IMG/VR virus record: IMGVR_UViG_3300017912_001009
Span: 25,816-89,815 of that record
Source of the DNA: a virus
Taxonomy: Duplodnaviria > Caudoviricetes
Direction: 5' to 3' (one strand)
DNA: 64,000 nt
Shown here: in pieces, positions 34,388-43,881 of the stretch
How positions within the stretch are numbered: position 1 is the stretch's first letter
Layout of the letters: each line of letters opens with the position of its first letter
The notes under the pieces: generated by a model
Database searches by the model: none
What the model was told of the DNA's origin: nothing
Seen by the model: the letters and a program-made list of their open reading frames with translations, nothing else
Translations under genes and position numbers: made by a program

Positions 34388-36289
34388 ATGGAAATACAAC
34401 AAGAAATACTATCAGATATCACTGTGCATATGAAGTATGCAAAGTGGAAAGAAGCAGAACAAAGAAAAGAAACATGGGAGGAGATTTGCAACAGAAACAG
34501 GCAAATGCACCTCGACACAATAGCAAGGAGAGAACTTACACAATCAAGCAATGCTCTTGGGAAGGATGTACTCATTGAGAGAATCAATGATGTCTATGAC
34601 AACTACGTTATCCCGAAGAAGGTACTACCTTCAATGAGGTCAATGCAGTTTGCAGGAAAGCCAATTGAACTATCGCCTAATCGTGTTTACAATTGTGCTT
34701 ACATGCCTATTGACCACTATCTGTCGTTCTCAGAAGCAATGTTCCTATTGCTAGGAGGCACAGGTGTTGGCTACTCGGTTCAAAGACATCATGTAGAGAA
34801 GTTGCCTGAGATTAGACTACCTAACCCAAAGAGAACTTACAGACATCTAGTTGCTGATTCCATCGAAGGATGGGCAGATGCAGTCAAGGTTTTGTTTGAG
34901 TCTTACATTGGTAAGAGAGCAACAACAGTCAGATTCGACTATTCAGACATCAGACCAAAAGGTGCGTTGTTGAAGACTAGTGGTGGTAAAGCACCCGGCC
35001 CTCAACCACTTAGAGAATGTCTAGTTAAGGTGGAAGGTATTCTTGCTAACAAAGACAATGGAGACAAACTAACTACACTGGAAGCACACGATATTGTTTG
35101 TTATATTGCAGACGCAGTATTAGCAGGTGGCATTCGTAGAGCAGCACTAATTAGTTTGTTCAGTGCTGATGATGATGACATGATAACATCGAAGTCAGGA
35201 CACTTTTGGGAGAAGAATCCACAGAGAGCAAGAGCAAACAACTCAGTGGTTCTACTACGTCACAGAATCAAGAGGGACTTCTTCAACAATCTATGGAAGA
35301 GAGTTCAAGACTCAGGTTCAGGAGAACCGGGTTTCTACTTCACGAATGACAAGGATTGGGGAACTAACCCTTGTTGTGAGATAGCACTTAGACCATATCA
35401 GTTCTGTAACTTGACAGAAGTGAATGTGTCTGATGTTAGGACACAGAAGGAACTCAATGCTAGAGTTAACGCTGCAACCTTCTTAGGAACACTACAAGCA
35501 TCCTATACAGACTTCCACTATCTAAGGGAAGTTTGGAAGAAGACATCTGAGAAAGATGCCCTGTTAGGGGTTTCAATGACAGGCATTGCAAGTGGAGCAG
35601 TATTGAATCTAGACTTAGAGGCGGCTGCTGAGAAAGCAAGAAGCGTGAATGGAGTGATTTCAAATGCTCTAGGTATTAACACAGCAGCGAGAATTACTTG
35701 TGTCAAACCTGCTGGAACTACTAGTCTAGTTATGGGAACATCATCAGGCATTCATGCTTGGTGGTCTCAATACTACATCAGGAGAATCAGAGTGTTGAAG
35801 ACTGAATCAATCTACAACTATCTGATAACCAAGTTCCCTGATTTGGTTGAGGATGACTATCACAATCCTAATCAGGCCATTATCTCAATTCCTCAGAAGA
35901 CTCCCGATGGAACTTCAATAACGAGAGAGGAAACAGCATTAGAGATGTTGGAGCGAGTTAAGAGAGTATCAGTTGATTGGGTTGTAACAGGACACAATAG
36001 AGGAGTTAACACTCACAACGTTTCTGCAACAGTCAACATCCGTGAGGATGAATGGGATGATGTGAGAAACTGGATGTGGAAGAACAGAGACTTCTACAAT
36101 GGTCTTTCTGTTCTACCGTTCGATGGTGGTGTCTACAAGCAAGCACCACACGAACCGATAAGCAAGAAGCAATACGAAACTATGCTCAAACTTCTGACTG
36201 AAATTGATTTGACTGAAGTTATTGAGTTAGAGGACAACACCGACTTGCAAGGAGAACTTGCTTGTGCAGGTGGAGTCTGTGAAATATGA
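34388..36289 (+). CDS. nrdJ: Class II (B12-dependent, monomeric RTPR-type) ribonucleotide reductase
   Basis: PSMRSMQFAG, YNCAY, TNPCCEI, CNLTEVN, VKPAGT, C-terminal CAGGVC. Confidence 0.93.
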   Translation: MEIQQEILSDITVHMKYAKWKEAEQRKETWEEICNRNRQMHLDTIARRELTQSSNALGKDVLIERINDVYDNYVIPKKVLPSMRSMQFAGKPIELSPNRVYNCAYMPIDHYLSFSEAMFLLLGGTGVGYSVQRHHVEKLPEIRLPNPKRTYRHLVADSIEGWADAVKVLFESYIGKRATTVRFDYSDIRPKGALLKTSGGKAPGPQPLRECLVKVEGILANKDNGDKLTTLEAHDIVCYIADAVLAGGIRRAALISLFSADDDDMITSKSGHFWEKNPQRARANNSVVLLRHRIKRDFFNNLWKRVQDSGSGEPGFYFTNDKDWGTNPCCEIALRPYQFCNLTEVNVSDVRTQKELNARVNAATFLGTLQASYTDFHYLREVWKKTSEKDALLGVSMTGIASGAVLNLDLEAAAEKARSVNGVISNALGINTAARITCVKPAGTTSLVMGTSSGIHAWWSQYYIRRIRVLKTESIYNYLITKFPDLVEDDYHNPNQAIISIPQKTPDGTSITREETALEMLERVKRVSVDWVVTGHNRGVNTHNVSATVNIREDEWDDVRNWMWKNRDFYNGLSVLPFDGGVYKQAPHEPISKKQYETMLKLLTEIDLTEVIELEDNTDLQGELACAGGVCEI

Positions 36290-36567
36290 ATAGAGAACAA
36301 ATTCTAGCAATAGAAGATGAGGTCATCGATGGGATGACTAACGCTGGTGCTAAAGAGAGTCTCTCTGCTCTATACAAGAGGACTAGGAAAGATGGGAGAA
36401 GATATCCATCAACCCTAGTTCTCAACAGAATCAGATACTATATGCGTTTAGGATATAGTAATTTAACAACAGAGGAATTGGAATCCCTGTATGATAAGAA
36501 AATGTATTATGAAAGAAATGGTGATATAAATGAAAATAAAGATGATTTTACCCACAGTAAGAAGTGA
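36286..36567 (+). CDS. Hypothetical protein
   Basis: ORF track. Confidence 0.5.
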   Translation: MNREQILAIEDEVIDGMTNAGAKESLSALYKRTRKDGRRYPSTLVLNRIRYYMRLGYSNLTTEELESLYDKKMYYERNGDINENKDDFTHSKK

Positions 36568-37753
36568 CAGAGAAAGAGTAACACAGAGTAGTTCATTCTT
36601 GTGTAAAACAAATAGAGTGTTTAGGGGCTTCAATAGAAGCCGAAATCAATTCGGTGAGATTGAGATGAACATGGGCTATTCTTCAAACAGTAAGAGAAAG
36701 TTCCATGAGAATGTGTATTGGAACACGTTCGCACAGAACATGTATTCTGTATTTGTTCAGAATCATAGTGTCAGTAAGTCAAACGAGATGACTTGGATTA
36801 CCTTCCGATATTACAACGGTGATTCAAGCATTATGCTGAGAAAGGATGGTAATTCTCTATACATGAATGGTGTCAAGAAGAATCAAGTCGATGTTGCTAT
36901 GGCTCTTGCCAAGATAATAGGATTCGGTGCTATCAATCGATGTGCTGATGCTATGGATAACTACATCGATAGAAATGTCACATACTCGTCAAACATACTC
37001 TACTCATTGGAGAACAGAACACCGTATTGGTTGTTTGAAGATGGAAGAAAGGTGCAAGTCAAGATAAACACATCTCTGATAGGTAGAGATGAAGTTGCCT
37101 TTGAGATATCTGAGAACATTTGGGGTTCTCTTTCTCTCGATGAGGCAAACACCTTCATTGACTGTTACAGAAACAAGGCAAAGAGGTCAAAGAAGTGGGC
37201 AAATATCAGTCCATCCAATCTTTGGTTCAATATGTTTGGCACACATGCTACTGATTCACAGGAGCAGTTGATGAAAGCATGGTTGATGCAGAACAGAACA
37301 GATTGGATTGTTGAGGAAAGAGCATTCAAACTATTGAAGGAAATGGATGAGAAAGACCAGTATACTCTTGTGGACACAAGGAAGTTGTTGAAACATGCAG
37401 ATGGTGGTATTGAATTGAATGGACTATCAACACAACATAACTTTGCCATGCATGTTAGAGGAGAGTTGGGAGACTGGTTAGTTTACCCCAACAACAGAAC
37501 AACTGGTTCACAGAGATGCAGTGTTGTCTTCTTCAAGAAGATGAATTCGATTGACGGCCCTTTCTGTATTGATGATGTCAATGGAAAGAACGTCATGGGA
37601 GACCAAATTGCAACAAGAGCAACATTGGTATTCAATGACAGGGTGGGAACAAAGATAGTGAGAACATTGCACTCTGTCAGCCCAACTGGTTTCAGAGTAC
37701 CAAATAACATCTTGAGAAACAGTAGATTCACGGAGGAGATAACATGGAAGTAG
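36530..37753 (+). CDS. Hypothetical protein; C-terminal domain possibly E2/UBC-like
   Basis: YP...SVVFFKK..DGPFCIDD..helix loosely parallels UBC YP..PKVRF.TK..G.ICLD; weak resemblance. Confidence 0.5.
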   Translation: MKIKMILPTVRSDRERVTQSSSFLCKTNRVFRGFNRSRNQFGEIEMNMGYSSNSKRKFHENVYWNTFAQNMYSVFVQNHSVSKSNEMTWITFRYYNGDSSIMLRKDGNSLYMNGVKKNQVDVAMALAKIIGFGAINRCADAMDNYIDRNVTYSSNILYSLENRTPYWLFEDGRKVQVKINTSLIGRDEVAFEISENIWGSLSLDEANTFIDCYRNKAKRSKKWANISPSNLWFNMFGTHATDSQEQLMKAWLMQNRTDWIVEERAFKLLKEMDEKDQYTLVDTRKLLKHADGGIELNGLSTQHNFAMHVRGELGDWLVYPNNRTTGSQRCSVVFFKKMNSIDGPFCIDDVNGKNVMGDQIATRATLVFNDRVGTKIVRTLHSVSPTGFRVPNNILRNSRFTEEITWK

Positions 37754-38631
37754 CGATGAAATGTCCTGAATGCTCTGAGTATGACTGGTCATTCGATGAC
37801 TCCTTGGGAGAGAACGTTTGTGACCACTGTGGGTTAGTTCATGTTGTAAGACCGTTTGAGGAGACAACTAGAAAGGCAGACACTTACGAAGTGTCATCAC
37901 ATCTAGGCTCTATGATTATCGAGAGGAACTCAAACTACAAAACAGGACAACTGCATAGAATGAAGAAACATCACATGTTTGCAGCGATGTTATCTGAAAC
38001 TGATAGGAGAACGATTACTCTATGTAACATGATTCTATCTAATTACAGTGTAAGCAAATCAATTAGAAACAATGTAGGTGTGTATCTAAGGTCATTAAAT
38101 GCAGAGCATGTATTCAGAGGATGTAGTGTAGAACACAGGGCTGCTGCACTCTCCTTCTATATTCTAAAAGAGAGTAACATACCAATGAATATCAGAACGC
38201 ATAGTAAGTATTCTATGGTTGACAGTAAGTACATCTCTCGTTGGGCAAAGAGAATAGCAAGACACTTCAGAAAGTCATATGTGTTTTCTCAAGAGAATGT
38301 GATGGGTAATGCAATAGGTATCATAGACAGATTAGGAGTTACCCCTGAAGGTTATCGACCTGATGCTCTTACCATGATTCAGTATCTTGAGACCTTCTAT
38401 AAGGAGCGTGACATTCGTTTCTCCCCTAACAAGATGGTCGCTGCTCTTTGGCTAGTATCAAGGATGGGGAAATACAACATAACACAGAAGGATTTAGTGA
38501 AGTCTTCAGGCAACACTTCGTCTGAAATTGGAATAAGAGAGCAGATAAGAGAAATGCAACGAACGTTTAACTTGACGAGGAATGAGTTGTATTCGTTGTC
38601 TGTGCATGATTTCGTATCAGGAGCGTATTAA
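37744..38631 (+). CDS. tfb: Viral TFIIB/TFB homologue
   Basis: N-terminal CPEC..GENVCDHCGLV zinc ribbon, B-reader-like segment, two cyclin-like repeats (RGCSVEHRAAALSF; FSPNKMVAALWLV..ITQKDLV). Confidence 0.8.
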   Translation: MEVAMKCPECSEYDWSFDDSLGENVCDHCGLVHVVRPFEETTRKADTYEVSSHLGSMIIERNSNYKTGQLHRMKKHHMFAAMLSETDRRTITLCNMILSNYSVSKSIRNNVGVYLRSLNAEHVFRGCSVEHRAAALSFYILKESNIPMNIRTHSKYSMVDSKYISRWAKRIARHFRKSYVFSQENVMGNAIGIIDRLGVTPEGYRPDALTMIQYLETFYKERDIRFSPNKMVAALWLVSRMGKYNITQKDLVKSSGNTSSEIGIREQIREMQRTFNLTRNELYSLSVHDFVSGAY

Positions 38632-38632
38632 G

Positions 38633-38875
38633 ATGGAAGATTTGATTGAAACACTAAAGAGAATGCAATACCACTTCAGTAAGTTTATTGAAGAGTATGA
38701 AAGTCTACCACAGTTGAAGAATGTTGTCAGAAGAACTGTGTTAGAAGACGCAATCTCCGTTGTCGGAGCGACAATGGATGGAATAACAAACGAGATAGTT
38801 GATGCTTGGCATCTCTATCAACAACAACAAATAGACAACAATGTAATAGATATAGGTGATAAGAATGATGAATAG
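38633..38875 (+). CDS. Hypothetical protein
   Basis: ORF track; start moved to MEDLIE. Confidence 0.5.
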   Translation: MEDLIETLKRMQYHFSKFIEEYESLPQLKNVVRRTVLEDAISVVGATMDGITNEIVDAWHLYQQQQIDNNVIDIGDKNDE

Positions 38876-39461
38876 GAAAGTAATGATAATTGGTGCAGGA
38901 GGAATAGGTAGTTTTCTAACTCAGTTCCTCCAAAGACTAGGATATAGATTAACAGTGTATGATGATGACTCAGTTGAGAGGAAGAACTTGGGTTATCAGA
39001 ACTTCACTAATGGTGACATTGGTGAGAACAAGGCAATGACCCTATCTGATAGAGTATGGGACACTGCTTTTCGTGGAACAGTCGCTGATGAACCCTACAA
39101 GGTTCTAACTGCAAAGCAATTACAGGGTTATGACTTGGTGGTGTGCTGTGCAGACAACCTTGCTGTGAGGCGTTTGTTGTATCAGCAGGGGTTTGGTGCA
39201 GATGCTAAGTTGAAGTGGCTAGATTTGCGAGCGCAGGGGCGAAATGCCCTATTGCTATCCTATCTCTCTGACCCCTTGAAGGGTAACAGACTAGCAGAGG
39301 GAGCAGAGGGTTCTTTCTCATGCCAAGCAACATCTTGGGATGGGAGTGCAAGAGACATAGACTGTATGAATATTGTAATTGCTGCAACAGCAGTTCAGTG
39401 GATACAGAAGTGGTTCAACGACAACGATGATGTCAAAGACATGATGGTGTTGAACATATGA
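38865..39461 (+). CDS. E1/ThiF-family adenylating enzyme
   Basis: IIGAGGIG, YDDDSVERKNLGYQ, GENKA, VCCADNLAVRR, WLDLR, SFSC (candidate catalytic Cys). Confidence 0.88.
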   Translation: MMNRKVMIIGAGGIGSFLTQFLQRLGYRLTVYDDDSVERKNLGYQNFTNGDIGENKAMTLSDRVWDTAFRGTVADEPYKVLTAKQLQGYDLVVCCADNLAVRRLLYQQGFGADAKLKWLDLRAQGRNALLLSYLSDPLKGNRLAEGAEGSFSCQATSWDGSARDIDCMNIVIAATAVQWIQKWFNDNDDVKDMMVLNI

Positions 39462-39621
39462 AAGAATGTGATTGTGAAGAGTGTTCCTGTCATTATCCGC
39501 TTGAGACCTTTCTAGGTCAAGCGAGTAGTGCAGGAGTACCTCTTCCACTCAAAGAAGCAAGAATAATTTGCGGTAGATGTAAACAGAATCTATCGTGTAG
39601 TGAATGTAGAGGTGAAGATGA

Positions 39622-39852
39622 ATGAGAGCGAGTTCAAAAATACACGTTGAATATGAAGTATTGAAATACATAATGGATAAGATAGACTTAACAGAATTAG
39701 AAGCAAGAATGTGTCCTACTGGAGACAAGGTAGCCGAGAAGAGATTCAAGGATGGTGCTGATACAGTATCTAACTTGGTTAACAATATGATACTCAGAAG
39801 ACTGCATAGGTTGCCTAACACACATCCTGCATACAAGGAGAAGGCAGAATGA
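39622..39852 (+). CDS. Hypothetical protein
   Basis: ORF track. Confidence 0.5.
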   Translation: MRASSKIHVEYEVLKYIMDKIDLTELEARMCPTGDKVAEKRFKDGADTVSNLVNNMILRRLHRLPNTHPAYKEKAE

Positions 39853-40148
39853 TTCACTTCCGAATCCTAGACAAGACTCTCTGTGGTGCTGCCTACAAAG
39901 AGCCTAGTGAGAAAGCAGCAAAAGATGGTAGGTTATGTGATGACTGCATCCAAGTGATGTGGAAGGAACAATACAGAAGGAATGTTCTCAGAGTAAAGCA
40001 GCCTACACAACCAAAGGTCAGTTTAACTGAGAAATGGGAAAAGGCTTGGGAAGAAACTAACAAGAAAGAGGTTGTAGTCGAGCAACCTAGATTGTCTCCA
40101 CCGAGACCAATCAAATCACTTCGACATTACATGAAGGTGAAAGCATGA
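39849..40148 (+). CDS. Hypothetical protein with Cys/His cluster
   Basis: H..TLCG..LCDDC. Confidence 0.5.
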   Translation: MIHFRILDKTLCGAAYKEPSEKAAKDGRLCDDCIQVMWKEQYRRNVLRVKQPTQPKVSLTEKWEKAWEETNKKEVVVEQPRLSPPRPIKSLRHYMKVKA

Positions 40149-40384
40149 CAGAAGATGCAAATATAGAAGACATAAGCGAAGAAGACATAGGACACATATT
40201 GTCAATAATAGCGACAGATGGATATTACAAACAGGCAGAGATAGTCAAGGTGACTTGCCCTGTTTGTGGTGAGCAGTTCTTAGGAACGAAAAGACATGCT
40301 GGTGGGTTCATAGCAGGACACAGAGCATATCATGAGTTTGAGAACGAGCAGGATATGAGAGTAGAACAAATGGGAGGAATATGA
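40145..40384 (+). CDS. C2H2-type zinc-finger protein
   Basis: CPVCGEQF..GH..YH. Confidence 0.55.
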   Translation: MTEDANIEDISEEDIGHILSIIATDGYYKQAEIVKVTCPVCGEQFLGTKRHAGGFIAGHRAYHEFENEQDMRVEQMGGI

Positions 40385-40944
40385 AAATGAAAACAAATGA
40401 AACAGAATATGAAGATGGTAAGATAGAAGGCTTAGAGGTAAAGGATGAGAATTGGATTGAGGATATTAAAACTGTATTTCAATCGATACAGTTTGTTTAT
40501 CCATTTCCCGACCCACAAACAGAGGCATTCTTTACGGTTATTTGGAATAAATCACTTAATGCATTCGATTCACCTAGAGAGGTACAGGTGATTGTTGATG
40601 CTAAGGATGACCTCTATTGCAGTGTAGGTACATTTGGGTTTGTAAGTTTCAAGAACCAAGATGGACAACTGGATGGTATGAAGTTACCATTGAAGTGTTG
40701 GATACACACACATCCGTTTGGTCGAGCATTCTTCAGTGGCACTGATTGGAAAACAATCAAGTCATGGAAAGGAATGATGCAGAGTGCAACAGTTCTTGGA
40801 GATAACCAGTTCATCTCCTATGATTGTAATAGCGAGATTGCGAAGCAAGTTCAGTATGGGTTGTATCAACAACACCCTGAGACAGACGATAAGCCTGAGT
40901 GGGTAAAAGCAGCAGAAAGTGTATTGGATGGTGAGGAAGAATGA
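40381..40944 (+). CDS. JAB/MPN+ (JAMM) metalloprotease
   Basis: Complete JAMM motif: upstream Glu (PREV) and HTH-PFGRAFF-S-GT-D (HxH-x7-S-x2-D). Confidence 0.88.
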   Translation: MKMKTNETEYEDGKIEGLEVKDENWIEDIKTVFQSIQFVYPFPDPQTEAFFTVIWNKSLNAFDSPREVQVIVDAKDDLYCSVGTFGFVSFKNQDGQLDGMKLPLKCWIHTHPFGRAFFSGTDWKTIKSWKGMMQSATVLGDNQFISYDCNSEIAKQVQYGLYQQHPETDDKPEWVKAAESVLDGEEE

Positions 40945-41105
40945 GTGACACAGACTGGATAATAATATCACAAGATGAAATAGATTACATTCTTAGTTGT
41001 ATGAGATATTTACAACCTCATACAGTAAATAGAAGAAAATTAGCAGAGAAAATTATGAGCCTACCTGCTGGTAGAAAGAGGCTACAAGTATGGGGGTATG
41101 ATTGA

Positions 41106-41465
41106 ATGATTGACACAGAAAAGTTATGGAAGACGTATTGCGGAATAGCAGATGCTCATGGGTTAGAGTCCTTCATGGAATGTGAAGCAATGGGTTCTGC
41201 TCCTGTTACTCTTACGATGAGAGCGAGTCTGAACAGGCAGAGACATGCTATGGTGTATTGGGTTGAACTACCTGATGATAAAGCAGAGCAGATGCATGAA
41301 GCAATCAGACAAGCACAAGAAGATGGAGATTGGCATGAACCTCTTCTTCTTTTGAAGAACCCTGACTTCACAGAGACTGTATCCTTTGAGGATTCAATGA
41401 AGAGAAGTTGGGACATGCTTCCCGATGGTAGACTAGACCCTTATTGGGAAGGAGAAGAAGAGTAG
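41106..41465 (+). CDS. Hypothetical protein
   Basis: ORF track. Confidence 0.55.
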   Translation: MIDTEKLWKTYCGIADAHGLESFMECEAMGSAPVTLTMRASLNRQRHAMVYWVELPDDKAEQMHEAIRQAQEDGDWHEPLLLLKNPDFTETVSFEDSMKRSWDMLPDGRLDPYWEGEEE

Positions 41466-41502
41466 TATTTGTTGAAGTATAAATACTCTCATAATTATAA
41501 TA

Positions 41503-42300
41503 ATGGTGATTAAAATGAAATATTGGGCATTTGAGATAAAAGAAGGAAAAGACATACTGATTAATTGTAAGGACATCGAGAGTGTTTGTCTCTTAGGTGA
41601 ACACACGAAATATGACATTTACTCAGGTCTAGCCATAGAAGGAACATCACAGGATAACGTATCTTTGTTGAAGACTGAGGTTATTCAATCTAAGAATACT
41701 AAGAAAAATGTTAGCAAGAAAAAGAGAACCAAGAAAAATGCAGTTCCTGTTAGACCGGAAATCAGAGCAGGAGGAAGAACAAGACCGGTTCATGTTCCTG
41801 TCTCTGCCGAACAGAGGTTTGCCAACAAACTCGCTAGGGAGACTGCAACCGGGAGAACAGTAGAAGTGGTTGATAAAGACTTAGGAGGAGTCAAGTTTAC
41901 TGTTATCAGACATGTAGATGGTTCGCTGTTTCTCTTACAAGAAGAAGGCACGAAAAACGAGTATTGGGCAAAGTGGAAGATGAAGGATGACCTGTGGATA
42001 ATATGGAATGACAACTATGGAGAAGAGACTGATGACCATCACAATGCTGGTAATGAAAATGCTGAAGGCGCACATCGTTCATCGTGTTGCTATACAGTGA
42101 ACAGAAGAAGACTGGCAAACGTACCTTACTGTCTAGCATGTAAGGATGACAGTCCCACACAGAGAACTAACAGGAGAATTGCAAATGGTGGCCCTGAAGC
42201 CAATCTAATCTTCGATGAGAATGGTCAGTTAACAACGGCATGGACACAGAAAGCAAAGGAGATATACCTCAACAGATTAAGAGAAGAGGAGGAAAAATGA
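41503..42300 (+). CDS. Hypothetical protein with C-terminal Cys cluster
   Basis: ORF track; SCC..YCLAC. Confidence 0.55.
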   Translation: MVIKMKYWAFEIKEGKDILINCKDIESVCLLGEHTKYDIYSGLAIEGTSQDNVSLLKTEVIQSKNTKKNVSKKKRTKKNAVPVRPEIRAGGRTRPVHVPVSAEQRFANKLARETATGRTVEVVDKDLGGVKFTVIRHVDGSLFLLQEEGTKNEYWAKWKMKDDLWIIWNDNYGEETDDHHNAGNENAEGAHRSSCCYTVNRRRLANVPYCLACKDDSPTQRTNRRIANGGPEANLIFDENGQLTTAWTQKAKEIYLNRLREEEEK

Positions 42301-42531
42301 ATGAAAGATAAGTATTACAAATTAACAACAGAATCAGGAATGACGACATTGAACATGGCTGATGTATCAGCATACTCTGTGGTAGAAACACCACAGGGTA
42401 TGTTGAAGAAGGCTATTTATGATGTGGAGATACACTTGAAGAGTGGAACAATCTTCACTACTATTATGACAGAAGCAGAGATGATTGTTTGGGAGGATGT
42501 GTTCTTCCCTAAGTCGGTGGTGAAAGAATGA
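42301..42531 (+). CDS. Hypothetical protein
   Basis: ORF track. Confidence 0.55.
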   Translation: MKDKYYKLTTESGMTTLNMADVSAYSVVETPQGMLKKAIYDVEIHLKSGTIFTTIMTEAEMIVWEDVFFPKSVVKE

Positions 42532-42738
42532 AGAGGTATGATAGACATGAAAGGGCAATCGAGAGAAAACTAGATGAGATACTTGAATTGCTTAAGATAC
42601 AGACAAAGGTGCTAACTGGTTTGGCATTTACAGAAATGATGGAGGATGAACAATGAGACAAACAAGATTAACGGAATTTGGATTTATAGGATTTGGACTT
42701 AGGCAGACTAAACTAGAAGAGTTTGGATTTTCCTTTGA

Positions 42739-43260
42739 GTGAAGCAACTTATTTATCCTTCCTGCACTTGCGAGAGGATGATTGCGATGACGAACAGCAT
42801 GAACAAACTATTGACGCTTATGATAGTCGGTGCTTTCCTAGCAGGATGTACCGAAGCATTGCCTGACCCTCCATCTGAAGAGTTTGAAGGTCAGGTTAGT
42901 AATAAAGAATGGACAACATTAACTGGTGACTTCACTCTTGTTATGGATAACACCACGAACGAGACTCTGATTTACGCACCGACTATTTGGTTGGATGTGA
43001 ATACAAGTTATGGAGCGATAGAACTTCAGTCGTTCAAGTATAATATAACACATCTATCTTTTGAGGTGATAAACAACTCGGTTATATTCAACAATTACAG
43101 TTGGGTAAATATGCAAGGCTACTTGGTTCAAGAAGACAAGTATTGGTCAAGCGGCTTTGCTCCTGAGTTCGGTAATGCTACCCTGCACTTTGCAGCCTTC
43201 CCATTCGATGTCACAGTTGAGTATGAAGTAATTTACAGAGTGTGGGATGGCAGAGAATGA
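42739..43260 (+). CDS. Predicted lipoprotein
   Basis: Signal peptide MNKLLTLMIVGAFLAGC with lipobox LAGC; N-x-T/S sequons. Confidence 0.65.
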   Translation: MKQLIYPSCTCERMIAMTNSMNKLLTLMIVGAFLAGCTEALPDPPSEEFEGQVSNKEWTTLTGDFTLVMDNTTNETLIYAPTIWLDVNTSYGAIELQSFKYNITHLSFEVINNSVIFNNYSWVNMQGYLVQEDKYWSSGFAPEFGNATLHFAAFPFDVTVEYEVIYRVWDGRE

Positions 43261-43655
43261 AGAAGGCTGTGACTATTCGCTTTCCTGCTCCGCTTCCTGC
43301 GGAGATACCATGTCCAATTTGCGAAGGCAATAAATGTATAGTGTGTGATATGACAGGGAAGATAAAGGTCACAGTAGATGCAAAAGTACCCATACAGCGT
43401 CACTTGATTGTTCAGTATATCGCTGAACACATGGATGAGATTGCCAATGAACTAACACAGAAGTTTGGTCTAGTGCCTGATGTTCAGACAGAAGATATGT
43501 TTGAGGTTGAAGGTCGAACGTATGAGTTAGTTAAGATTAGTAGTCTCGGTGGTGTTGTATGGGTAGCACACAGGATAGATGAACAAGAGTCTCCACGATA
43601 CTTTAAGTCGTGGAAGAACTTACAGCAGTTTAAGGGTGGTTGGCTTGAAGGGTGA
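43257..43655 (+). CDS. Zinc-finger protein (CPICEGNKCIVC)
   Basis: ORF track; start moved to MKKAV. Confidence 0.55.
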   Translation: MKKAVTIRFPAPLPAEIPCPICEGNKCIVCDMTGKIKVTVDAKVPIQRHLIVQYIAEHMDEIANELTQKFGLVPDVQTEDMFEVEGRTYELVKISSLGGVVWVAHRIDEQESPRYFKSWKNLQQFKGGWLEG

Positions 43656-43881
43656 AAAAATAATAGTAAGAGTCCCAAGAAACGGGAATGAAGAATTAAC
43701 AGTGAGAACAGGTAATTATTGGAATGTTGACATTGTTGACATTCGTTGGTATGCTAATGGAACACCAACAAAGAAAGGCGTTAGAATGAATATGGAAGAA
43801 ATGAAAGATGTCGCTAAGGCATTGAATAAGATAATTGAGAGGAATAAAAATGACAATGATACGAATGAGCAGGATGTGTGA
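43645..43881 (+). CDS. PC4-like ssDNA-binding/transcription coactivator protein
   Basis: VRTGNYWNVDIVDIRWY..PTKKGVRM matches PC4 pattern; start uncertain. Confidence 0.75.
   Translation: MKGEKIIVRVPRNGNEELTVRTGNYWNVDIVDIRWYANGTPTKKGVRMNMEEMKDVAKALNKIIERNKNDNDTNEQDV

Noticed and set aside
40145-40384. Second Ubl, since the ORF ends MGGI
   Set aside because: The GG is encoded by GGAGGA, the RBS of the JAB gene, and the protein is a zinc finger.
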